This document shows positions 21,558-32,613 of a DNA stretch of 64,000 bases, one piece after another. The notes below the pieces were generated by a model, which was not told where the DNA came from, made no database searches, and worked only from the letters and a program-made list of their open reading frames with translations. Position 1 is the stretch's first letter; every line of letters starts with the position of its first letter. A program made the translations under genes and the position numbers. This DNA comes from Savitreella phatthalungensis (taxonomy: Eukaryota). Where the stretch lies: positions 124,001 to 188,000 of the forward strand of contig AP039691.1 of NCBI GenBank assembly GCA_051599415.1, in the 5' to 3' direction.

Positions 21558-22617
21558 ATGGCGACGAGTAAAGCACCCGGTATTGAATTACCATGGTTAG
21601 TCACCCTATCCTCCTCCCATATCGCACAACAGCTCTCTGACTGACTTCCATCGCAGGGTAGAAAAGTACAGACCACATACACTTGACGACGTCGTTGGCA
21701 ATGAGGATACAATCGAGCGGCTCCAGGTAATCGCAAAAGAAGGCAACATGCCTCATATCATCATCAGCGGCATGCCCGGTATTGGCAAGACAACCAGTAT
21801 CCACTGTCTGGCAAACACCCTGCTGGGTGCAGCTTACAAGGACGCGGTCCTGGAGCTGAATGCATCGGACGAGCGCGGTATCGACGTCGTTCGAAACCGG
21901 ATCAAGACCTTCGCCCAGAAGAAAGTGACGTTGCCCGCAGGCAGACACAAAATTGTCATTCTCGACGAGGCAGACAGTATGACGCCCGGTGCGCAGCAAG
22001 CACTCCGACGGACAATGGAAATCTACTCCAACACCACACGCTTCGCCCTCGCGTGCAACCAGTCCAACAAAATAATCGAGCCAATCCAATCACGTTGCGC
22101 AATCCTCCGGTACGCCCGGCTTTCGGAGAAGCAGCTGATGCGGCGTCTGCGGCAGGTGATGCAGGCTGAAGGTGTCAAGTACGACGACGGTGGTCTCGGT
22201 GCTCTGATTTTCTGTGCTGAAGGCGACATGCGTCAGGCAATCAATAACCTCCAATCGACCTGGGCCGGCTTCGGGTTCGTGAACGAGGACAACGTATTCA
22301 AGGTGGCTGACCAGCCATCACCCGTGGCGATCGAGACCCTCCTGACGTGTTGCGCCAAGGGAGACATCGATGGCGCACTCGAGAAGCTTAGGGAAGTCTG
22401 GGCAAAGGGATACAGTGCGGTCGATGTTGTCACCACCCTGTTCCGTGTCACAAAAGGATTCGACGTCCTTGCTGAACCACTCAAGCTAGAGTATATACGT
22501 GAGATCGGCATGACCCATATGACCGTGCTAGAGGGCGTTCAGACACTACTTCAACTCGCAGGTCTCGTCGCAAGGCTGGCGAAACTCAGCATGAACAAGG
22601 CAGACTTTGTCATCTGA
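21558..22617 (+). CDS. RFC4: Replication factor C small subunit (yeast Rfc4/human RFC2); exons 21558-21595 and 21657-22617
   Basis: Removing the 61-nt intron GTTAGT...CTGAC...GCAG (21596-21656) restores ELPW-VEKYRP. Walker [26 protein letters not shown] and SRC motifs are present. Confidence 0.96.
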
Positions 22618-22723
22618 GTCGAAAATTCCCTTCCATCTGTACATCCTCGTAACGATTCATAACGACGTCTCGAAGCTACTAGTATACATACATGCCCTAT
22701 CCGTCTGTGTCTCTCGCCGCCTG

Positions 22724-23644
22724 TCATGCTGGCCTCAGAGGATCGAAAGAGCGCTTTCCAGCAACGTGCGGTGCAGCGAAAGCGAAAGCGAGTGCTCCGG
22801 CAAGAAGAAGCACGTAATAAATTGCCGAGTGGAAGTAGGAATTTCTGACGAGTCCGCTGACACGCGGTAATCCCATGGCGTTGCAGAATGCATGTACGGC
22901 TACAGCAGGCCAGATGCTGCCTGTCCTGAGCAGTAAGAAACTCGCTAGCCAGCCGAATATTGAGGTGTACCCGAGTTGCACGGCTGCGACGACGAGCGCT
23001 TGTGGCAGCGCACGGAGCCCGTACGTCCTCACGCGCTCGTACACCTTGTGGACGTGAGCGAGGCCAAAGTACAGTGGTGTGAGCATAATCACCCGCGGCC
23101 TCGTCACACCAGCAAGCAGATGGACAGCCCCAATGCACCCCCTGAACACAAACTCCTCAGTCACAGGGCCAAACACGTAGTTCCGCAAACCTGCAGGCGA
23201 CACAAGCTCCCCCATCACGCTCGTCGGCGCCAGCCACCCACTAACAAGCGCCTCGTACAGCGGCCCCGCGAAAAGCACAGCCGCGAGGGACAGACTGTTT
23301 GCGACGTCTCCGAGATCGAGTTGAAGCCCTGTCAGCCTAACGATGGCCGAGATGAAGCTCTCTGCCCTTCGACCTGCTAAATGGACGAGCAGTGCAGCTG
23401 AGATGGCGCAGGCGAGTAGACTAAGCCAGATCCGCCGCCAGATCACTCCAGGGTGATCCTTGCTCCTGCCAGGACGCGCCCTAGCGCCACGCACAGCGTA
23501 CAGCAGACCCACGTACACACCGGTAAACGCAACGCTATACCCAGCAGCCTGTCCCACACGCAGCTGAAGAACATCAACATCAGCAGCAGTACCTCCAGCT
23601 GCAGCTGCAGCAGCAGCGGCCACAGCATCGGCTGCCGTGTCCAT
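22724..23644 (-). CDS. RCE1: CAAX prenyl protease 2 (CPBP/Abi family)
   Basis: RNYVFGPVTEEFVFR, FGLAHVH, QLGYTSIFG, HAFCNAMGLP; multiple TM segments. Confidence 0.92.
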   Translation of the reverse strand: MDTAADAVAAAAAAAAGGTAADVDVLQLRVGQAAGYSVAFTGVYVGLLYAVRGARARPGRSKDHPGVIWRRIWLSLLACAISAALLVHLAGRRAESFISAIVRLTGLQLDLGDVANSLSLAAVLFAGPLYEALVSGWLAPTSVMGELVSPAGLRNYVFGPVTEEFVFRGCIGAVHLLAGVTRPRVIMLTPLYFGLAHVHKVYERVRTYGLRALPQALVVAAVQLGYTSIFGWLASFLLLRTGSIWPAVAVHAFCNAMGLPRVSGLVRNSYFHSAIYYVLLLAGALAFAFAAPHVAGKRSFDPLRPA

Positions 23645-23963
23645 ACTTCACGAGTCGGTTGTCTGGCGGATTGTCGCCTTGCAGATGAGGTTGCTTGAGG
23701 AGTGTGTCGGTGTGAGAGTATGAGTGTGCGAATAGAAGACGTCGACTTCGTCAGGTGAAGAATCGCGTCAATCGTCTTTCGCGCAGAAAATTTAAATGAA
23801 ATCAGATGAGATGAGATAACCTTTTACCGAAACTCCCCTAAGACATGGCTCGTCGTTGAAAATACGAGCGCCAAGCGACTCAAACACGACATATCACAAG
23901 GTTTAGTCAACCTTACAGACGACCTTACGCTGATAGCTCGAGGTTCACGGCTGGAAGATCGCC

Positions 23964-25172
23964 ATGGATCCCTCAACGCCGATCCAGGTGGCTGGGTCGT
24001 CGCGTCTGCTACGACCTTCATCTGTGGTGTTTGACAAGCAGTCCCGGGAGGCTGTTGAACCTCGTTCAGTGTCTCCTGTCCGTCCGCAACGCCGTCGTGG
24101 CCACCACCACAAACACTCCCTCTCCCATCAATTCTTCTTACCCCCAGTCGACCGCGCACCCCTGTCCCTCCCAGCATCACTACCCCTACCCACCTTGGGA
24201 GAGCTCGTAGCCGAGACATCGGTCGACCAAAAACTCCAACTCGGATGGGCATGTATCCACCTGGCACTCTCGTTTGCGCTCTGGCATGTGAACAGCTCTT
24301 CGCTTGCGGCGTTTGCGGTGTCGAAGTGTGTGGCTGTGGAGGCGCTGTCGCTGGTATCGAGTGGTGTGTTTGGGGTGTGGGACAACTTTGACGTGTGGCG
24401 TGGGAGTTCGGTGTCTCGGGCGTTTGGACTTCGTCGGACGGAGGTGGTGACGGCGTTCGTGCTCGCAGTCTACATCGTCTACGGCGCAATCGAGCTCGTC
24501 AGAGAGCTGCTCGAGCGACTCCTCGTGGGCGGCTCACACGCACACGGACACACCGACGCAGTCCACATCGACCCACACGCACTCTCAGGCGACCTCATGG
24601 GCGTGTCCATGGTCATCTGCCTCCTCGCCACCGCCTTTGCCACAGCAGCCTTCGGGAGGAGCACGTTGACGAAGCTGCTGGCGGTCGATGTGCCGTACGT
24701 GCCTATTCCGTTTGCGCTGCTGTCTGGCGTGCCTGCTGCGATTCTCGCAACCATCTCATTCGTCGGACCACACCTGCACGCCTTCGGAGACAGGCTCCTG
24801 GCAGGCGTGATCGCTGCAGCCATGGCATACACCGGCGGCAAGCTGGTCTTCAGGCTCGCCTGCATCCTCCTACTCACCTACCCGGTCGACGAGGTCCAAG
24901 AACTGTACGCACAAATCGAGCAGGACGATGCCGTCGCCAGAGCGCTTCCAGGCCAGACGCAACACGACCTCGCTCCTGTCCAGGGACAGGTCTGGCAGTG
25001 CTGGGTCGATCTCGTCGTCGTCGCACTCAGAGTCAGGGTCAAAGGTGGCGAGACTCAAGAACAGCAGTTCAGGGAAAGGTGCAGGCGATACGTGAAGGAG
25101 ATCCTGGGTGGTGGCTATGGCGGTGGAAGCGATGTCAAGTTCCACATTGCCATTGAGTGTGTGCGGGTGTAA
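23964..25172 (+). CDS. Cation diffusion facilitator, Zrg17-like zinc transporter
   Basis: HHHKHSLSHQFFLPP...SLPLPT N-terminal motif, W..SS..RAFGLRRTEV, ELLERLL followed by a His-rich loop, about 6 TM helices. Confidence 0.75.
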   Translation: MDPSTPIQVAGSSRLLRPSSVVFDKQSREAVEPRSVSPVRPQRRRGHHHKHSLSHQFFLPPVDRAPLSLPASLPLPTLGELVAETSVDQKLQLGWACIHLALSFALWHVNSSSLAAFAVSKCVAVEALSLVSSGVFGVWDNFDVWRGSSVSRAFGLRRTEVVTAFVLAVYIVYGAIELVRELLERLLVGGSHAHGHTDAVHIDPHALSGDLMGVSMVICLLATAFATAAFGRSTLTKLLAVDVPYVPIPFALLSGVPAAILATISFVGPHLHAFGDRLLAGVIAAAMAYTGGKLVFRLACILLLTYPVDEVQELYAQIEQDDAVARALPGQTQHDLAPVQGQVWQCWVDLVVVALRVRVKGGETQEQQFRERCRRYVKEILGGGYGGGSDVKFHIAIECVRV

Positions 25173-26150
25173 GAGTCAGTCAAGATCACGAGCACGACAT
25201 GGCCACAAAGACGCTTTGCCTTGACTCAGGCTTTCAGGCATTAGGACCTGGATTCTAGATGAGATGGACCTGGATTCTAGATGAGATGAATATGAATGAC
25301 TTTAAAAGAGCGATCTGAGGAATAGAATACACGTCATGGTGACTGTGGACTGCGTTGACTTTGAGTAGAGAAAGAGACAGACTCATGGAGTGAGTGAGGA
25401 TAGAAAGCCAGATGATGGCGATGACTATTCCTTTGCATGGTACAGATGAGATGAGATGAGATGAGATGAGAGGAGAGACGGGCATATCTGTGACTTTTTG
25501 AGTACACGTGATCTTATATTCCTTATCTCCACATATATGCTTCAACATTGAGCATTGAACGTGCTAATCAAATGATGATCAGACTTCAGAATCCGGGTCA
25601 TAGAATCTGAGCTGGAGTCTCGAGGCTGGAGTACAATGGAGCTCGCTTCTGGACGGCCCCACATCCACATCCACATGAGAGAATATCTAGCACGCAGCAG
25701 ATTACCAACCTGATTGATTGATTTGAGTTGTACTGATTGAAAGACTTAGGGCAAATCAGTCAAGCCACCCACCCACCCATCCATTCATTCATCCATTCAA
25801 TCATCCATTCATACATTTATTGATTCATTTATTCAATCAATCAATTCCACCCATATCTGTTGTTTTTTCACAGCTGGTGGATATTCCATCACATGCATCT
25901 GAGATATCTAATCACATATCATCTCGCACGACGCCGAACACGCCTACCTGACAGCCTATACATCACTAAAGTCAAGTACAGAGCAAGAGTCACACTCACG
26001 CGCACACGCACACGCACGCTCACACGCACACTCATCACGCACACTCACAACTACAGCTTCAACCACATCAACCTTCTTGCAATAGACTTTCAAGACTGCA
26101 ATCACAATCATTCTCGCCTCTAACTCACCGGATCCTCCACCAACAAAACA

Positions 26151-26819
26151 ATGTCAAAGTTGCCAAACGTCCATGCTTCAACACATCCGGTCATCGCCTC
26201 GAAGATCGCTGAACTCAGATCAGCAGGCAGCGATTCACGTGCTGTCAGAATCCTCACAGATGAAATCTCGACCTTGCTAGCGTACGAAGCAACAGCATTA
26301 GGATTCTCTGCAGAGCGTGATTCATCAGACAGGGGCACCACACCTAAAGGACACACCTATGATAAAGTCGAGCTCAACCCACAGAGACCATGTCTTGTCC
26401 CTGTACTTCGGAGTGGTCTAGGTATGCAGTCATCCTTCCTCGCCCTTCTACCAGTCGGTACGGAAGTCCACCACCTCGGTCTCTTCCGTGAGGAGGCGAC
26501 CCTGGCAGCGGTGGAGTACTACAATCGCCTGCCGTCGATGCGCGCAGACGGACCAGTCGATCTAGCCTTTATCCTCGACCCGATCGTCGCTACTGGCAAC
26601 ACGGCCACCGCAGCGATCCAGATCCTCCAAGAATGGGGAATCTCCAGGATCGTCTTTTGCTGTATCATCGCCTCCGAACAAGGCCTAGAACGGATCGCCA
26701 AAGTCTGGCCGGAAGGGACACAATTCGTTGTAGGTCAAATCGACCCGGGCCTCGACGACAAGGGATATATCCTCCCTGGCATGGGAGATATGGGTGACCG
26801 TCTGTACCATACAAAGTAG
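26151..26819 (+). CDS. Uracil phosphoribosyltransferase
   Basis: LVPVLRSGLGM, GLFREEATL..VEYY, PRPP-binding ILDPIVATGNT, GYILPGMGDMGDRLY. Confidence 0.93.
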   Translation: MSKLPNVHASTHPVIASKIAELRSAGSDSRAVRILTDEISTLLAYEATALGFSAERDSSDRGTTPKGHTYDKVELNPQRPCLVPVLRSGLGMQSSFLALLPVGTEVHHLGLFREEATLAAVEYYNRLPSMRADGPVDLAFILDPIVATGNTATAAIQILQEWGISRIVFCCIIASEQGLERIAKVWPEGTQFVVGQIDPGLDDKGYILPGMGDMGDRLYHTK

Positions 26820-27403
26820 TCAAGAAGTAGATAAGTGATGAATGAATATACACATATGACAGATGCGAGTTGAACTCTTGCGTATAGCCAGATAGCCTCA
26901 AAGGAACTGGTCAGCTCACCCACACACGTCACGTATATATGTACTGTACATTCGATCTGGTGACTCAGTCTTTTACACGTGAATGATTGTATAGTGATAG
27001 GGTCACTCCTGCATTGAAGTGCGTCTGTCGACTTTTGAGTGAATTTCCAAGTTTCTCTGTTTGAACGTACATACGAACGAACGGATGCACGAATGGACGC
27101 ACGGATACTGATTCTCCAGCTGCAGAGAGAAAAGTTTGTTTTGATTTCTCGTTTCGCGTCCAAACGATCGGTTCAGCGTCAATTGCAGCAGCACGGGGTC
27201 TTTGTCATCTGCAGAGCTACCGTACTCGCTCAGCTCAACACTCGCAATCAGCACCAGCAAGTCGCGATAGATTTGAGAATCAATCAACCGCATATTGGCT
27301 CATCGACGTCTGAGAGACAGACTCTGGAGACACATCATCGTCATCTTGGATATACATAGCATCTCCAACTTCAAATTCCCGCAAACTTCTTGACAACCCC
27401 TAA

Positions 27404-28723
27404 ATGGACTCTGACACGCTTCCAGCGCTAGCAGCGTACAGGCAAGCAGTGCGTGTGAGAGAGGCAGCATGTGCGCGTGTCGAGCTCATTCTTGAGAGGC
27501 GCGCACTCCGGCAAGCAGAAACCCGGGCCCATACTGCCGCAGAAGAGCACGAACTCACAATCACACAACTGAAAGCGTCCATCACGCAACTCACAGGCGA
27601 GCGCGATACTGCACGCAGACTAGACGAAGAGCGCCGGCGAGAGATCGAATCCCTGCGACAGCGACATGTCGAAGGTGCTGCAGGCGACAAGGTCCATTCC
27701 GAGGTCCTCCGTGCCCAGTGTGAGTCCTATCGTCGGGAAGCCCAGGAACTGCGGGACGACCTGAAGGCACGTGATGCAGAGTTGCGCGACGTCAGGGAAC
27801 TCTATCGAGAGCGCGAGCGCGACAACGACCAGGCCAGAGAGAGCGTCCGGTCGAAAGAGCGCGAGCTCAGGTCAGCCCGGGAAACTCTCAGGGACAGGGA
27901 TGCGAAGCTGCGCCGGCTCGAGTTGGAGTTGGAAGCGGCCAACGACAGATACGCGGACCTTGAGTCACGCAGCGCTCGACAACAGGTCAAAGCAGCTGTT
28001 GCTACCACTACCACCGCTAGACCGGCTGTGCCCAAGCCGGCCGCTCGTCCAGCTGCTGCCTCTCGTGTACGCTCACCATCGCCTGAGGTCGAATCTGACG
28101 CTGAAGCAGAAAGGGTGGATTCGCCCGCACCGCCTGCCAAGGCAGTCAAAGCACGGAAGGCCCATGCGAAGGAGCCAGCTCCGGCACCCCGTCGACCTGT
28201 CATCGACTCCGACACAGACACACCGCCGCGACCGAAGAAGAAGCCGTCGGCTTCCGCCACAGCACCAACGACAAAGACATCTCGTCCAGTCTCCACACCG
28301 GGGACCGACTACGACAAGCCTCCAGCAGGGCTATCGCGTCAGAAGGCGAAAGTGCCAGCGTCGCCAGCAACAAAGCGCGGCAAGGAAAACACAGTACCTC
28401 TCGACGTACTGAACAGTCGTAAACCGGCTGATTTCTCCATGACCCCATTCGTCAATCGGACCGCGAAGGACGGTAGCGAGGGTGGTGTACGAGCTGTTGA
28501 TCTAGCTGACATTCCATTATCACCACCGACGTCGACGTCAGAGACCGGTGGCGCGGGAGCAGCAGGTCAGAAAAAGAAGCGGAAGCTTTTCGGTGGCAAG
28601 ACACTCATGGACGATTCACCTGCAAAGAAAGTTCCACGCGTCAACGCCCTCGCCAAGCGGGATAACTTTGGCAGGGATCTGTCACCGTTGAAGAGACCGG
28701 TCAGTAAGGGTCTCATGCTGTGA
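27404..28723 (+). CDS. Coiled-coil protein with a disordered, CDK-site-rich C-terminus (possibly monopolin Mde4/Lrs4-like)
   Basis: About 190 aa of heptad-rich N-terminus, many SP/TP sites, and C-terminal KKKRKL and LSPLKR. The CDS is well supported; the identity is tentative. Confidence 0.6.
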   Translation: MDSDTLPALAAYRQAVRVREAACARVELILERRALRQAETRAHTAAEEHELTITQLKASITQLTGERDTARRLDEERRREIESLRQRHVEGAAGDKVHSEVLRAQCESYRREAQELRDDLKARDAELRDVRELYRERERDNDQARESVRSKERELRSARETLRDRDAKLRRLELELEAANDRYADLESRSARQQVKAAVATTTTARPAVPKPAARPAAASRVRSPSPEVESDAEAERVDSPAPPAKAVKARKAHAKEPAPAPRRPVIDSDTDTPPRPKKKPSASATAPTTKTSRPVSTPGTDYDKPPAGLSRQKAKVPASPATKRGKENTVPLDVLNSRKPADFSMTPFVNRTAKDGSEGGVRAVDLADIPLSPPTSTSETGGAGAAGQKKKRKLFGGKTLMDDSPAKKVPRVNALAKRDNFGRDLSPLKRPVSKGLML

Positions 28724-28801
28724 GCACTCTACAGAAATGGTAGGATAGTCATTGGGTCACATAGAGGGGGAGAGAGAAGGGCGAGGAAGAAGCTGTAAAG
28801 T

Positions 28802-29012
28802 ATACCCTGTAAACTATACCATACTATCCGTGAACACACCGAAAGGCTGACCCTGGATGTAGCAGCGTCTAGAGGCTGACCAGGAGTTTAGCAATGTCAT
28901 GGTCACCATACCCTGTAAACTATACCATACTATCCGTGAACACACCGAAAGGCTGACCCTGGATGTAGCAGCGTCTAGAGGCTGACCAGGAGTTTAGCAA
29001 TGTCATGGTCAC
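28802..29012. repeat. Perfect non-coding tandem duplication, period 106 bp (28802-28906 and 28908-29012)
   Basis: ataccctgtaaactatacc...gcaatgtcatggtcac occurs twice identically. Confidence 0.95.
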
Positions 29013-29056
29013 GTGATGCATCAGAAATATAGGGCAAAAAATGTAGAACAAGAATT

Positions 29057-29065
29057 AAAAAAAAA
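29057..29065 (-). terminator. Pol III oligo(T) terminator for the tRNA
   Basis: Run of 9 A on the + strand about 35 nt 3' of the tRNA. Confidence 0.6.
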
Positions 29066-29097
29066 TCCAATCCTGATCACTTCAGATGGGCATTGTA

Positions 29098-29200
29098 AGC
29101 CCCTGCCGGGGGTCGAACCCGGAATCTAACGATCGCACCAGCCCTTTCAATTCAGGGCGAAGTTAAGAGTCGTTCGCCTTAACCATTGGGCCACAGAGGC
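29098..29200 (-). tRNA. tRNA-Lys(CUU) with a 30-nt intron (29134-29163)
   Basis: Acceptor stem GCCTCTG/CAGGGGC, D-arm GCCCAATGGTTAAGGC, anticodon stem AACGA/TCGTT with CTCTTA loop, T-arm CCGGG-TTCGACC-CCCGG. The intron sits at the canonical 37/38 position. Confidence 0.93.
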
Positions 29201-29967
29201 AGAATTGGTGGTTGTTGATGTCAACGATTCGACACTTGAGTATATGGTCATACGTCAAGATACACACTCTTCAATGAAGATCGCTGCCCATCGAGTACAC
29301 GTGTACAGAAAAACACACTCTTGAAGGGTGGTTCATCCACAGTGTGCCACGATCTCCCATGTACAGCTGTGTCAGTGGGTCTTTGGATTTAAGCACAGTT
29401 CAGGATTCACGTTTGCTCTTATAGGATGCCTTGGTGGCTGATCTGTACTCACATATTAGCCTCTGTCGCAGTGTTCGTCCCTGATGCGGTTCGTTTCATC
29501 CGATGCTGCCATGGTGGTGTAAGGCATGTGCGCGTGTCACCTTCATCTCAGAAATTCTCACCATTCGTCATTATTCCTGACACTCGACGTGATTCCTGAC
29601 ACCCGAAGCTACAAGATTACCCAGATCTCATAGCTGGTTCTGAATCACTCAGCGTAGACGACCTTACGAGCAGCTTGATCTTCATCACTGCAAGACCGGC
29701 CACTCGCTTGATTTCCAATTTTAGAAACATCCATCTTTCCTTCGAATCTCTGTTTTCCATCTTCGGCAAAAGGTAGCAAGGCAAGCTAGCAGCACAATGC
29801 AACAAGCCATTCCCCTCGACAACAACCAGCTTCAGCACCAACAGCAATACCGCAACCATCAGCGACAACAGCAGCAACCTTTCACAGACCTTGATCACCC
29901 TACATCCGACCAGCTCGACGCACAAAGTCAAAGGTCAAGAGACGCTACCTGCTCGACCAGCATCGAT

Positions 29968-31485
29968 ATGAGTTACTTACCTACCTCCAGACGGCGGACG
30001 CCGGCGAGGAAAAATTCACAGACACACGATGACTTTGGTGTGATCCCGATGCGGCCAGCGCGTCGTCTGCGGCGAATCGTGCTCATGCTCGCTATTGCAG
30101 CAGCTGTCATTTTCCTGTTTGTCCGCGGGTCAGGCCAGGAACGCGTCCAGGAGCTCATCAACAAAGCGCATCCAGGTGCACTCCCAGACACAACAGCTTG
30201 CAAGAAGCCGCTCGACCCAACAAAGCCTCTTGTACAATACGTGCTAATGCTCGACGCAGGGTCGACGGGTTCCCGGATACACGTCTACAAGTTCAACAAC
30301 TGCGGCGCCGTCCCGAAACTCGAGAAGGAGGCAGCCTTTAAGATGATCAAGGGCGGTCTCTCGAGCTACCCTGATGATCCGGAAGGCGCCGCACACTCAC
30401 TCGACGAACTCATGGATCTTGCAGTCAGGACTGTACCAGCTCACCTTCGATCCTGCTCGCCTGTCGCGCTCAAAGCCACCGCAGGTCTACGTCTCCTCGG
30501 ACCAGAGAAGTCAGACGCGATCCTCCAAGCAGTTCGCACTCACCTTGAACTCGATTACCCGTTCCCTGTCGTCAAGCCAGACGGTGTTGTCGTCATGGAC
30601 GGCAAGGACGAAGGCGTCTACGCGTGGATTACCACGAACTATCTTCTGGGCAACATTGGAGGGCCTGAAGACCACCAGACAGCGGCAGTCTTCGATCTCG
30701 GTGGCGGCAGTACCCAGATCGTCTTCGAGCCCTCCCTGCCACTCGAGCAGCTGCGTGAGGGAGACCACCTGTACAAGCTCGACTTTGGCGGTCGAAAGTT
30801 CAACCTCTACCAGCAGTCCCACCTGGGCTACGGTCTTATGGAAGCTCGGAAAAGCATTCACCGCGAAGTCGTTGCTTCCGCAGAAGAATTGATCGACCAC
30901 GCTGTGGTGAATCCGTGCATTCCTCCAGGAATGACGCGTCAGGTCGAGCTGGATGTGAATCGAATGAAGCGGAAACTGACAATGGTCGGTCCCAAAGACC
31001 CTGCACCTGCGCAGTGCCGTGCACTCGCTGAGCGCGTTCTGAAGAAGGACGCCGTCTGTCACGCGACCCCTTGCTCCTTCAACGGCATCCACCAACCTTC
31101 CCTCGCAGAAACCTTCTCCGGCGATGCATTCATCTTCTCCTACTTCTACGACCGGCTGATTCCGCTCGGCCTCCCGTCATCCTTCACCGTCGACGACGTC
31201 CTCAAGCTCACTGACAAGGTCTGTGCTGGACCTGCCAAGTGGAACGACCACTTCATGAACAACAAGGATGCCCTCGCCGAGTTGAACGATCGTCCAGAAT
31301 ACTGCCTGGACCTCTCCTTCATCTCCGCACTCCTCCACCACGGCTACGACATGCCTCTCGATAGACGTCTCAAGACTGCCAAGAAGTTGTCAAATAACGA
31401 GCTAGGCTGGTGTCTCGGCGCATCCCTACCCCTCCTTGACACCGGCTCGGGGCTCTGGTCATGTAAAGTTGAGCAAGTAGCGTGA
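29968..31485 (+). CDS. GDA1: Golgi guanosine diphosphatase (GDA1/CD39 family); ORF is open from 29797, and 29968 is the likely start
   Basis: Type II TM anchor; apyrase conserved regions DAGSTGSRIH, ATAGLRLL, DGKDEGVYAWIT.N, DLGGGSTQ and GWCLG. Confidence 0.93.
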   Translation: MSYLPTSRRRTPARKNSQTHDDFGVIPMRPARRLRRIVLMLAIAAAVIFLFVRGSGQERVQELINKAHPGALPDTTACKKPLDPTKPLVQYVLMLDAGSTGSRIHVYKFNNCGAVPKLEKEAAFKMIKGGLSSYPDDPEGAAHSLDELMDLAVRTVPAHLRSCSPVALKATAGLRLLGPEKSDAILQAVRTHLELDYPFPVVKPDGVVVMDGKDEGVYAWITTNYLLGNIGGPEDHQTAAVFDLGGGSTQIVFEPSLPLEQLREGDHLYKLDFGGRKFNLYQQSHLGYGLMEARKSIHREVVASAEELIDHAVVNPCIPPGMTRQVELDVNRMKRKLTMVGPKDPAPAQCRALAERVLKKDAVCHATPCSFNGIHQPSLAETFSGDAFIFSYFYDRLIPLGLPSSFTVDDVLKLTDKVCAGPAKWNDHFMNNKDALAELNDRPEYCLDLSFISALLHHGYDMPLDRRLKTAKKLSNNELGWCLGASLPLLDTGSGLWSCKVEQVA

Positions 31486-31740
31486 TATGAACACTCTCTG
31501 GTCACAGACTCTCCTGTACTCCTGTAGTCATGCTCATGCTCTTTATCAGTCATCGATCGTGCATCCTCCTCTGGTATCACATGTCATTTCCCGTTCTGGC
31601 GCACCCTGATTTGACTCTGAAATCTAATCTATCCGAAACCCATATCTATACAAGATCTCGAATCTGGTGACCCTCAACTGATAAAACACCAAAACAGTCG
31701 GAGATTCAAGTCGGAAGGTCCACTCGAGGCCCCCTCGTCC

Positions 31741-32505
31741 GTGACAGATCTCCCGTACGCGCGGAGCGTCATACACTACTTGCTCGTGCATGACACCTCT
31801 TCTAATCTCAGATATTCCATCGTTCCCTCCCTCCGAGCCATGGCAGACTGCGCGCTAGCCTACCGCGCTGATCTCGCACACCACGATATCCCGGCTCTCC
31901 TTCACTCTCTCTCACGCCGGTCTCTCCTTCCACCGATCCTTCCTCGCCTCCCGACGGCGACGCACCCTCACACACCATTGTCAGCGCGGTCGGCATCGCT
32001 CGAACGGCTCCTGGCGACCTGTGGTGTCAAATACACGCCTGACCCGGCCGACTCGGGCTTTACAGACGCCGTGAGTGAGATTGGTGAGATCGGTGTGGTG
32101 GTTGATGCGTGGGCGCTGTTCTACGGTGTCGGAGTGGCGTGTGAGAGTCTCAGGGGGTTTTGTGATGGAGGTCGATTCGATTCGTTCTACGCCCTCACAT
32201 CCCCACTCCTAGATCGTCCTGCCGCCCACCCCCGCACACCAACGCGCGTACGCGGTTGGCTTGTCACCCTCGCCTCAGTCACAGTCCTCATGCACGGCTG
32301 GCAGCGTAAGGTCAAGTACGTCTTCGATGTCATGCCACAGTCGCTCCAGCCGATGGTTGCGAGCAATACTGGGGCAGTTGTGTCGGAGGCTTCTGGTAGT
32401 CGAGCTGGCGGTGTGTCTGCGGAGGTGCAGAAGGATGACCCTGATGGGTGGGTCATGGTGGATGTTGAAGATACTGACGAGGGTGTTCTGACTCTAGAAG
32501 GCTAG
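31741..32505 (+). CDS. Hypothetical protein (start uncertain; GTG in the ORF track)
   Basis: 254-codon ORF filling an intergenic gap; no motif recognised. Confidence 0.45.
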   Translation: MTDLPYARSVIHYLLVHDTSSNLRYSIVPSLRAMADCALAYRADLAHHDIPALLHSLSRRSLLPPILPRLPTATHPHTPLSARSASLERLLATCGVKYTPDPADSGFTDAVSEIGEIGVVVDAWALFYGVGVACESLRGFCDGGRFDSFYALTSPLLDRPAAHPRTPTRVRGWLVTLASVTVLMHGWQRKVKYVFDVMPQSLQPMVASNTGAVVSEASGSRAGGVSAEVQKDDPDGWVMVDVEDTDEGVLTLEG

Positions 32506-32613
32506 ATCAGAACACGACTAGAGTAGATCTCACGACTTCCTGTAACGAGCCCAGACGCATCTCATTCTATTCCAGTGCATTTCTCATCAATCAATTCAGC
32601 ATTAATTGTTAAT

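Noticed and set aside
21748..22617. N-terminally truncated RFC subunit, as in the ORF track
   Set aside because: Explained by the 61-nt intron at 21596-21656; the spliced gene is full length.
25440..26050. (ATGAG)n, (CATT)n and (CACG/CACA)n simple repeats
   Set aside because: Ordinary low-complexity microsatellites; the ORFs over them are spurious.
26151..26819. upp-like UPRTase as a recent bacterial transfer
   Set aside because: Similar UPRTases are, to my knowledge, widespread in fungi, and nothing in the sequence flags it as foreign.
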